The notes under the pieces: model-generated
The model's input: only the letters and a program-made list of their open reading frames with translations
What the model was told of the DNA's origin: nothing
Databases searched by the model: none
Program-made: the position numbers and the translations under genes
NCBI GenBank assembly: GCA_002269645.1
Contig: NIVC01001051.1
Coordinates: 62,001 to 126,000, forward strand
Source of the DNA: Macrostomum lignano
Taxonomy: Eukaryota
Direction of reading: 5' to 3'
Length of the DNA stretch: 64,000 bases
Shown here: positions 1 through 10,600 of the stretch, piece after piece
Numbering within the stretch: position 1 is the stretch's first letter
Layout: each line of letters opens with the position of its first letter

Positions 1-1107
1 CAATCTCATCAATCTCAAATTATGATATATCAATCTCATACATAGCAATTTGTAGCAAGCAAGAATCTGTACTGTAGGCCTATCTTTGTTATTTGTAGCT
101 TGTAGTGTAGGGCTAACTATACTGTATAGTATTAATAGCACATATTCAGTTGTTAATTAATTGCCTGACCATTTGGCATTGGCCCTAGTCCTCCTTAAAA
201 ATGGTTGAGTCGGAAATTTGGCCTTGGCCTATGGCCCCTTGGGTAAATTAGTTATTAATCAAATTTAACATGAAAAATAGACTACTCTAACAATAACATG
301 GTAAGACTGGGAAGACATAAAGTCTTACAACTTAAGCTTTTCTTATTTTTTACCTTCAAATATAGCTAGTAGGCCACCTAGGCCTATTAGGGGCTTAGGC
401 AGCCTAGGCCTAGGTAGGCGTAGGCCTATTAAAAAGCATTTAGTTTTTAACTTTTTTACAAAATGTATTCAATCCAAAGACTACAGAAATATATTGGCCT
501 ATTTCAACAAATACAATTTTTTATATTTACAAAATGACACTTAAATTTGTTAGGGCCTAACTTATATAGGCCTTATTTAAGTCTATAATTCTAGCCTACC
601 TTTGGCCTTGCTTAAGAAGGGTGCTATTGTGCTAAGCTAAGGGCACTGGATGTTAATCTTTATCTAAAATACCTAGCTTTTTATTTATGGAGTACTTATA
701 GGCACGGCGGCTGTGTCTATAATATTTGAGCTTATAGGCATAGCAATAATCATCAATATAAAATGCATGTTCTGTAGGGCTTTCTTGCAAGCAATTGGTG
801 GCTTAGTGGATATAGGCCTATCAATTTCCTTATGATTGCGTGCAGCAAGGGTTCAAATCCCAATTGGTCAAAGATTTTTTTTGAAATTTTTTAGCAAACA
901 GAAATTTTTCTACCTTGAATTTTTCAGGTTTTTAAATATTAGTTTAAAAAATTTAAATTTATTTTTAATAAGAATAAACTTAATCTTAAAGTGTGGCTGA
1001 TATGTATCGAAAAAAATATTTCTTTTTCATATAATTGTGGCCAAACTTCCAGATTTTGTGTTACTCTTAAAAATTTAATTTAATTTAATTTTTAAAAAAA
1101 TTCAAAT

Positions 1108-1803
1108 TAGAGCTCGAACAGGAGCAGAATTTTCGGGATCGGGCGGGATCGGGATTGAAAATAATTTCGGGATCGGGATTCGGGATTAGTATTCGGGATT
1201 CGGGAATCTGGGATCTGGGAATATATTACTTACTAACTAATGAATCAAGGATTCAAGGATAGTTTTATCTGACTATAAACCCATGAGGGGCTTTTCATAT
1301 TGTCAATTCTTGTTCCAGACCCTTTTTGCAAAGTATAGCCTAAAAATTATCAGAATACTTGATGGAATAGTTAATGGAAAAGTTAGCGGAATACTTAACC
1401 GAAAAGTTAATGGAAAAGTTGACGAAAAAGTTGATGGCCAAAGTTATACTCGTCTTTTTTCTTGTAAAATTCTGTTTCTGGAATCGCTTCGTGAAAAGCC
1501 TCATACTTATTAGTTCGTTATTTACAAGTACAACTCTTTACAAATCTGTTACTAAGTAAAAATCTGCTGCTTTATTTGGTGAATTCAAGGTCAGACTTTC
1601 AACATATTTATAGTTGCTGTTACAAAAATTAGCTTAGTATTGATTACTGCTCTTGATTGTTGAAAGCATCATCTTCATTATCAATCTATTGTGCTCCCGA
1701 ATCCCGAGTTCTCTAAGCCTTCGGGATCCCGATCCCGAATTCCCGAAAAATCTTCGGGATCCCAAGAATTCGAGATTGGGATCGGGATCCCGTTCGAGCT
1801 CTA
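1108..1803. mobile_element. Non-autonomous hAT-type DNA transposon (696 bp)
   Basis: TIR TAGAGCTCGAAC / GTTCGAGCTCTA; perfect 8-bp TSD ATTCAAAT (1100-1107, 1804-1811); subterminal CGGGAT/ATCCCG repeats at both ends. Confidence 0.9.
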
Positions 1804-2098
1804 ATTCAAATTAAAAACTCCTGAATGACTTCAATTGATTGATATTTTTCATCCAATTGATGATTATATACATAGCAGCCATGCCTATATTAAGCTCCAA
1901 TATTAGAGACACAGCCACCCACTGTGCCTCTAAGTGTGAACCCATTCAATGTTAATGACACAGCTGCTGTGCAAGTTTTATTGACATGGTGACCATGTCT
2001 CTAATAGTGACTAGGTCTATACTTATAGACACGGCCACCGTGTCTCTAAGTTTCTGCATTATAGACATAGCTGCCATGTCTATAAGTATGGACCTAGT

Positions 2099-2884
2099 GG
2101 CTCATTCCATATAAGATAGACATATTTGGAAAATAGAAAAAAGTCAATATTTTTGCTTGCCATTGCCTAATTAGCCTATTTTTTTACCAAATGTTTATAT
2201 TGTGCAATATATACAATCTAAGAATAAAGGAATGGTAAAATGTTGGATTAGTATGTTATCAATTGGCAAAAAGTCATTTTTGTAAAAATTTGGACATTTT
2301 TCGAAGCAAAAGACATCATTAAGATTTTGTACCTTTTAAAAACAAATAGAAAGCTTTTGAAGGTTGAAACAAACTATAGATAAAAGTATAGTACTTGCAT
2401 CATCAGATAAAAGCATTGGTGACCAAATAATCTATTATATTTTTAATGTATTAGTACCTCAAAGTTACTGAATTGACAGAAAAAAATATGTTACGACCAT
2501 AATGTTACGACCATAAGGTTGCCTTTTCTTTTGTATCTTTGTTGCCTTTTGAGTTTATATATTCTAATAAAAGAGTATGATTTCTAAAGATGTTCTTAGT
2601 CAAATTTTAAAAATGTATTGCAAAATATCAAAAATGAAAAATGTTATAAGACTTTTACCTTTTAGTTTCTATATGTCAAAAATCCTGTCGTTACGACCAT
2701 AAGTGTCATTTAAGGTTTAATAGCATCTATACTAATGATGATATCTATATGAAACTCTATAAATATATTCTAGACAAAATAATCTTTCATTTAAAATATT
2801 GGTTTAGTATATTCTATTATTAGATTTCATTTTATAAGTAAAAATAACCTGTCATGTTACGACCATGCTTATATGGAATGAGCC
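2099..2884. mobile_element. Non-autonomous TIR element with 4-bp TSD (superfamily uncertain)
   Basis: 17-bp perfect TIR GGCTCATTCCATATAAG / CTTATATGGAATGAGCC; TAGT on both flanks (2095-2098, 2885-2888); an empty-site equivalent lies in reverse orientation at ~1997-2030; internal GTTACGACCAT repeats. Confidence 0.8.
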
Positions 2885-3833
2885 TAGTCACTATTAGAGA
2901 CATGTCCCAGGGCTCTTATTTATTCTTTTGCTAGCCTTACTAGCTGCCACCAAGCTGTTACAGGGGTTATTCCTTCTTGTTAATATTGCTGGTTATTATC
3001 TGCCTTTTACTAGTAGCATATGTACTTCTATTGGTAGCGTATATACTCTTACTGGTAGCGTCTGTACTTTTTACTGTACTTTCTGGTCTGAGCTGTCTTT
3101 TAGGCACTGTCTATCCTATTCCTATACTCCTCTAAAGGTATTATTCTCAGTCCTGGGTGTTCCTAGGATCAGGGGGTCACAGTGCACTTCGCTGGGTATT
3201 CTGCCCTGAGGCGGGTTTCTCAGACTCTAAGCCTAGATTTCTCTACCCTGTGGTAGGATTTCTGCCTTTCTAAAGGCGGGTTACTATACTTCTAAGTCTA
3301 GGATTTCTCGTTCTCTGAGAACGGACTAAGTTTCTCCCAATTTGGGGATCCTAATGCTGCTAAATAACTAAGTCAATAAGTATTAATCAAGCTTCAATTT
3401 TAGGATACTAGAACAGTTTTAAGCTTTGAAGCCATGCAACAAGGCGAGTTGCTCTCCTTCAGTTTCAGCTCGTGTATTTATACTCCTCTCTTAGTTCATT
3501 TTAAACAAATAACATTTCATAATATTCATAATATTTACAATACTATGCATTAAAACAAAATTAGTCAAATTTCAAATGTACTACTTTCTAAGAAACAAGC
3601 AATCGCTAAGATAAGGCCTACCTCAGACACAACCGCCGTGTCTATAAGTTTCTACATTATAGACATGGTTGCCATGTCTCTAAGTGTGGTATTTTATTTA
3701 CTAAGCCAAGAATAGCAAGTCCTATGAGCTATACACAAGGTAGGAAAAAATTAAAAAAAATGGCATCAACTTTAACATACATGCCTAATACCCATCCAAC
3801 CCATCTAAACCAGATGGTAAAATGGCTACTAGC

Positions 3834-4128
3834 CATACATGCGCAACGTCCAAAATTCGGTCGGCCGTGCGACTTAGTTTTAACAAAAATGCGACGTAGT
3901 TTTTGGCCAAAAATGCGACTTACATGTAAAAAAACCCAAAGCAAAATTAACGCAACTTTGGGTAAACGGCGGGAGTAACTATGACTGTCTTATCAGGCAA
4001 AAATGCCTCGTCAGCTACTTAGTACTACTACGGGTATTTTTTTGGGTGGGCATTTTTGCGACTTCCTTGGTTGGCTGCCAAATCAGTCGGCCGGATCGGC
4101 CGACTCGGCCGACTGTTGCGCATGTATG
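3834..4128. mobile_element. hAT-type MITE (295 bp) carrying a 28S rDNA fragment
   Basis: 14-bp perfect TIR CATACATGCGCAAC / GTTGCGCATGTATG; perfect 8-bp TSD CTACTAGC (3826-3833, 4129-4136); subterminal GTCGGCCG and AAAAATGCGAC repeats. Confidence 0.9.
3960..4023 (+). pseudogene. Isolated 28S rRNA fragment (helix 69 region; R2 and I-PpoI target site)
   Basis: Ungapped match to the conserved eukaryotic 28S sequence GGGTAAACGGCGGGAGTAACTATGACTCTCTTA-AGGTAGCC-AAATGCCTCGTCATCTAATTAGT (recalled from memory): 32/33 left, 21/23 right, central 8 nt replaced by TCAGGCAA. No other rDNA nearby. Confidence 0.9.
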
Positions 4129-4289
4129 CTACTAGCCAAGGTAAGTTGCAAAATAAAAAATGGGAAACAATTAAGAAAAAAAAGAGGAGAGAAAAAGAAA
4201 AAGAAAAGAAAAGAGGGAAAAAAGAATCTGCAAAAAGATTTTTTTTATTAAAACACCTTAAAGACACAACAAAACTGCTAAACATCAAA

Positions 4290-4640
4290 GAAGTGCAATG
4301 TCAAACATAGAAGAGCCAACATATCGAACATAAAAGAGTTACCATATCAAACATAGAAGAGCCACTATGTCGAACATTAAAGAGCCACAATGTCAAACAT
4401 AAAAGACCCACCATGTCAAACATAAAAGAGTCACCATGTCAAACATAAAAGAGCCACCATTTCGAACATTAAAGAGCCACCATGTCAAACATTAAAGAAC
4501 CACCATGTCAAACATTAAAGAACCACCATGTCGAACATTAAAGAGCCACCATGTCTAACATTAAAGAGCCACCATGTCTAACATTAAAGAGCCACCATGT
4601 CTAACATTAAAGAGCCACCATGTCTAACAGTAAAAAGCCA
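4290..4640. repeat. ~21-22-bp minisatellite (AAAGAGCCACCATGTCNAACATT)
   Basis: Tandem units seen directly; boundaries approximate. Confidence 0.85.
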
Positions 4641-4649
4641 CCATGTCGC

Positions 4650-4970
4650 CTACTATCTGGGGGTGATTGCTATCTGGGAGAGCCTGCTATCTGGGGGTGC
4701 TTGCTATCTGGTGGTGCTTGCTATCTGGGGGTGCCTGCTATCTGGGGGTGCCTGCTATCTGGGGTGCTTGCTATCTGGGGTGCTTGCTATCTGGGGGTAC
4801 CTGCTTTTTGGGGGTGCTTGCTATCTGGGGGTGCTTGCTATCTGGGGATGCTTGCTATCTGGGGGGTGCCTGCTATCTGGGGGTGCTTGCTATCTGGGGA
4901 TACTTGCTATCTGGGGGATGCCTGCTATCTGGTAGGATGCTTGCTATCTGGGGGGATGCTTGCTGTCTTA
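4650..4970. repeat. ~16-18-bp minisatellite (TGCTTGCTATCTGGGGG)
   Basis: Tandem units seen directly; boundaries approximate. Confidence 0.85.
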
Positions 4971-5559
4971 GGATGTTTTCTTTTTGCATTGCACTTCATC
5001 TGAGCAGTTTTTCTATTGACTATGTAAAGGCTTTGTTTGACCATCTTATTGATACTTATAGAGAACAGAGATTCTATCTAGATTTCCCCCATTGGGGGGC
5101 AAAGATTGCTAGTAGCATCTAATGATATATTAGACTGGCTTAATATAGATTGTGCAGTGTATACTTTATAACTGCATAGCTCATTGCCAAGCTGCAATTC
5201 ATAATTTTAGTAAATACTACTAAACCATTAGTCTTAGTATTAGCTTTGCATATGTGCATCTACATGGTATAAGCTAATCTATCTAGACTCTAGAGATAGA
5301 CCATCTTAACTAGCTGACCTTTTAGCATCTTAATGAATCTTTTTACACTTTTGTTATATTAGTGTCTTGGGATTCTTTCTAGGATAATGAAAAAATCTGT
5401 GCCCAACTCTAATGTCACTTCTAGCTAATCTATTCTAGGCTAAAACATCATAGTCAGTTTCTGCATTGGTTGCATTTCTGCAGTTGCATCTGAGCTAGCC
5501 TTAGTATCCTCAATGGTAGTTCTTGAGTTGGCATCATGGTTAGTAGTACCAAGGAAGCT

Positions 5560-6500
5560 GATGCTGTTGTTTTTTGTGGAGTGCGGCTCCATTAGATGGG
5601 GACCCAGTCAAGGGCACCCAGGAGCTGCACCACTAAGGGACCATTGGCCAGGTCATTGAGATGTTGGACTCCAATTAAGAGGCGAGTCATTTCTAAAGCA
5701 AGACAAGTCAGCAGGTGAAATTGATCAACTTTATCCTTGCATAGCCTGCAGGTGGCATCATTGGTTGTCCCAATGCACTTTTTGTAGTAGACTGATACTG
5801 GGTAGTGGCTGGTATGGACCTACAAGACTAAGACTTCCTGCCCTCCAATATAGGCTGGTACCCAACAGACTTGCGCAGTAGGTTCTTGGATGTAGTGAGT
5901 GCAAGGGGGATGTGCTGTTGAGGCAGGCACATATCCCACTTGGCCTCCAGGTTGACCAGCTTATTTCCACTAATGCCCACATGCCCAGGGATCCACTGGA
6001 TAGTAATGGCTATGACCTAGATAGCACATCAGATGAGATTCTTGAGTGTTTCTAGGAGGCTGTTAGTATGAGCATAGTGGTGCAGTCAGCTTGGATGGCT
6101 TGGATGGTGGCCTGGTTGTCAGTCAAGATGGCCGCTTCTGGCAGTTCCTCCATTAAGATATCACCTAGGGCTAGACAAAGGCATCTGCTAGCTGTAGCAT
6201 GCCCCAAACAAATGATCAGGTCATGGTGGCATTTAAGAGTTGTATTCTTGCCTCTGGATTATGTGGCACCAATGATTATTTTCTTAAGGCAGGCTACTTT
6301 GCTTTGCATATATCTCCAATGGCATTCCATTTGATTGCCATTGACTTCAATTGTTTTACAAGTCTTGGCTCAGTTGTGGCATTGGCTCCTATCAATGTAT
6401 TTGCTATTAATAATAGCAGTAGACTTCTCAGCCATAGTAGCTAATAATATTGATGACAATGGTACTGCAGTTATATATGCCTTTTCCTAAAATTTACTAA
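5560..6500 (-). mobile_element. Decayed 3' end of an RNase H-containing non-LTR retrotransposon (I/Nimb/R1-like group)
   Basis: Minus-strand remnants in order: YIDRS (~6385, for YTDGS), AILTDNQATIQAI (~6095-6135), TIQWIPGHVGISGNKLVNLEAK (~5940-6004), CRLCKDKVDQFHLLTC (CCHC, ~5705-5755), stop codon, then an ACAAAAAACAACA tail (~5565-5577). Many stops and frameshifts; boundaries approximate. Confidence 0.8.
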
Positions 6501-7608
6501 TTAATATTGGTTCTTTTATCATCTAGATTCTAGCCTATTTTGTCTATCACTGGGTCCATTCATATTGACTATTATTATATTTGTCTGTTTGATAAAAAAT
6601 TGATAAGTCCTACATTCACATGGTTTAAGCTATGTATATAATCCTGTCATTAACCTTTATTATCCTATAAATTAGACATTTTGTCTTGGTCAAAATGACC
6701 TAATGGGTACAATATCTAAATAAAATATTTTCTATGCCTATGGAAAAAATGACCTAGATAAAAAATCTGAAGACAAAATGTTCTATTTCAGTGTACATAC
6801 AAAACAACTTGGTATAATTGATCCTTTTGTCTATTATTATCATTTATTGGCTAGGTAGCAAAGGTTAAGTATATATAATGTAGTGACCCACTCTTTTTAT
6901 TATATAAATCCTAGATTTAACTTTTAACAAATATGTATATATAATTTTATATAATATAAATTTTATTAGAATGCATATTTTAAGAATTTGCAAATTACAA
7001 GTATAATATATAAGAAATTATATATAACAAAAACAAGGCTAGAATTTGCTTACTTGATTTTTGTTAATTGTTATAATCTAGTTAAGATCATATAGCATAT
7101 ATTTAAAAAAATAGGTATGCATTGATATTGGAGCTGTAAGTGTTGGCATATAGATATAGTTGGTATGCACTTGCCCCATGTCATGATATGTTGGCATACA
7201 TAAAATTTATTGTGTAGTACATTGTATATGCTGCCATTGAAGTAAACTTGGGACAAAAAACTTGTGCTTTTTGTTCACTTGTATATGCATATTACATTAG
7301 TAGTACATGTTAGTTTGTGCTCACATCACATAGTTATAATGTAATCACCAGCTTTCTATAAAGATTGACTTAAAGTACATATACATCTCCAAAAAGCTTT
7401 TGCACAACTAAAAAGTGACTCTTCCCAGTCTAAAAGTCATAGTACTACTTAATGTAAAAACAATAGATATCTGTTTTTGGTTACACTAATTAACCCAGTT
7501 CTTGGCTAGCTAGGTTTACTATTTCATTGCATAGTTATAATAGTTGGAATAAAATAGCTTACCTGAATATTTTTACCTGCAGAACCCATTGCCAGCAGAG
7601 CTCCGCCT

Positions 7609-10600
7609 ATGAACAGTGGAGGCAATCCGCGCCTCCCAGCTTCTGGCGGCGCAGGCGGCGGAGCCAACAGCTCCTACCTGCCCTGTCGCTCCGAGTCCGC
7701 CTTCTTAATGGTTGGGCCGAATTTTAAAGTTGGCAAAAAAATTGGTAGCGGAAATTTTGGCGAACTCCGACTGGGCAAGAATCTTTACAATAACGAGCAC
7801 GTGGCTGTGAAGCTGGAGCCGCTGAAGTCGCGGGGGCCTCAGCTGCACCTTGAGTACAGGTTCTATAAGGAGCTCGGCTCCCCCGAAGGCCTGCCGCAGG
7901 TGTTTTACTTTGGCCCGACTCACAAGTACAATGCGCTGGTGCTGGAGCTGCTGGGACCGTCTCTAGAGGATCTGTTCGATACTTGCAGTAGGCGGTTCAC
8001 GCTCAAGACTGTCTGCATGATTGCCATACAGCTGGTGAGGCGCCTGTCCGCTTGTTTAGGAATATGCTGATTGATGATGCAAATAAGACTCTGGTTTTGG
8101 GTTTAGAATCTAAATTGTTTTCACATTTAGAATACGCTGGTTTTAGGTTTAGAACCCGCTGGATTTAGGTTCAGAACCAGCTGGATTTAGTTTCAGAACC
8201 TACTAGATTTAGGTTCAGAACCAGTTGAATTTGAGTTCAGAACCTGCTGGATTAGATTCAGAACCTGCTGGATTTAGGTTCAGAACCCGCTGGATTTAGG
8301 TTCAGAACCTGCTGGATTTAGGTTCAGAACCAGTTGAATTTAGGTTCAGAACCTGCTGGATTTAGGTTCAGAACCAAATGGATTTACAGATAGGTTCAGA
8401 ACCAACTGGATTTAGGTTCAGAACCAACTGGATTTAGGTTCAGAATCAACTGGATTTTGGTTCAGAACCTGCTGGATTTACAGATAGGTTCAGAACCAAC
8501 TGGATTTAGGTTCAGAATCAACTGGATTTTGGTTCAGAACCTGCTGGATTTACAGATAGGTTCAGAACCAACTGGATTTAGGTTCAGAATCAACTGGATT
8601 TAGGTTCAGAATCAACTGGAATTAGGTTCAGAATCAACTAGATTTAGGTTCAGAATCAACTGGATTTTGGTTCAGAACCCGCTGGATTTAGGTTCAGAGC
8701 CAGTTGAATTTAGGTTCAAAACCCGCTGGATTTAGGTTCAGAATCAACTGGATTTAGGTTCAGAAATCAACTGGATTTAGGTTCAGAAATCAACTGGATT
8801 TAGGTTCAGAAATCAACTGGATTTAGGTTCAGAACGAACAGGATCTAGGTTCAGGACCCGCTGGATTTAGGTTCAGGACCCGCTGGATTTAGGTTCAGAA
8901 CCAGCTGGATTTAGGTTCAGAACCAGTTGAATTTAGTTTCAGAACTCGCTGGATTTAGGTTCAGACAGGGACAACTTAGTTGGAACGGCCATAGAACACT
9001 GCTTTCAAACGAGCCCCCAACTTTTTTCACCATGATTTGCCTTGTTTCGCGTCCCGGTAGTTTTAGTTGTCCCTGTGTTCAGAACTAGCTGGATTTAGGT
9101 TCAGAACCCGCTGGATTTAGGTTCAGAACCAGTTTAATTTAGGTTCAGAACCCGCTGGATTTAGGTTCAGAACCTGCTGGATTTAGGTTCAGAGCCAGTT
9201 GAATTTAGGTTCAAAACCCATACCTAATCGAACCCACACGCAGATCAGCCGCATGGAATACGTGCACAGTCGCAGCCTAATCTATCGAGATGTAAAGCCG
9301 GAAAATTTTCTTATCGGCCGACAGTCCACCCGCAAGCAGCACCTTGTTCACATAATCGACTTCGGCCTAGCCAAAGAGTACAGAGATCGCGAGACTGGCC
9401 GGCATATTCCCTATAGGGAGCATAAAAGCCTGACTGGCACGGCCAGGTATATGAGTATTAACACGCATTTAGGCAAAGGTGAGTTGGAGTGCTCGTAATT
9501 GTGCATAACATGTACTTAAGTTATGTATATTGCTCTCAACTTCTGGTCCTAGAGGTTGTGTATTCCTCCCAACTTCTGATCCCAAGTTATGTATTCCTCC
9601 CTACTTCCGGTTCTAAGTTTGTAAGTATTACTCCCTACTTCCGGTTCTGAGTTTGAGAGTATTACCCCCTACTTCTGGTTCTAAGTTTGTGAGTATTACC
9701 CCCTACTTCCGGTTCTAAGTTTGTGAGTATTACTCCCTACTTCTGGTTCTAAGTTTGAGAGTATTACTCCCTACTTCCGGTTCTAAGTTTGAGAGTATTA
9801 CTCCCTACTTCCGGTTCTAAGTTTGAGAGTATTACTCCCTACTTCTGGTTCTAAGTTTGAGAGTATTACTCCCTACTTCCGGTTCTAAGTTTGTGAGTAT
9901 TACTCCCTACTTCCGGTTCTAAGTTTGTGAGTATTACTCCCTACTTCCGGTCCCAAGTTATGAGTATTACTGCCTACTTCCGGTCCCAAGTTATAAGTTT
10001 TCCTCCCCACTTCCGGTCCCAAGTTATGATTATTCCTTCCCGCTTCTGGTCCTAAGTCATGTGTATTCTTTCCATAGTATATTCTGTTTCCCCCCACTTC
10101 CGGTACCAAGTTATGTGTACATTTATCTGCATCCCTTGTTATCGGATTTTGCGTATATGTATGTTATTTACTAATTACTATTATAAAGATTATATAAATT
10201 GCTGAATCTGGCCTGCTAGACTAATGAAATGTCTCTTTTATTTAGATTAGCTAGGCACTTTCTAGGAAACTTTCTTATTTCAAAATTTCATTGTAAACAG
10301 CTAAGTGAAAATTTATTTTAACGGTGCAGTGGCGCACAACTTATTTGCTAGCATAAGTGTGCACTAGTCTAACAATAATTATATGCGAACTTGCAGTATT
10401 CCGTTTAGTGCGTTAGTGCGAATTGTGTGTTGGAAATACGATTTTCACTTGTGGGTTGAAAGACATTCTCAGTGAAGTTTTCAACTATTCTGTTCCAGAA
10501 CAGTCCCGACGAGACGACTTGGAAGCTCTAGGCCACATGTTTATGTACTTCCTGCGCGGCAGCTTGCCCTGGCAGGGCCTCAAAGCCGACAACTTGAAGG

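Larger units (their letters stand above)
697..3684. repeat. Dispersed palindromic motif family TATAGACACGGCGGCCGTGTCTATAA
   Basis: Degenerate copies at ~697, 1863, 1903, 1981, 2022, 2059, 3625 and 3658; probably the remnant of an older element that hosts the insertions at 1108 and 2099. Confidence 0.65.

Noticed and set aside
3960-4023. Functional rRNA gene
   Set aside because: Only 64 nt, mutated, inside a MITE, with no other rDNA; reported as a captured fragment.
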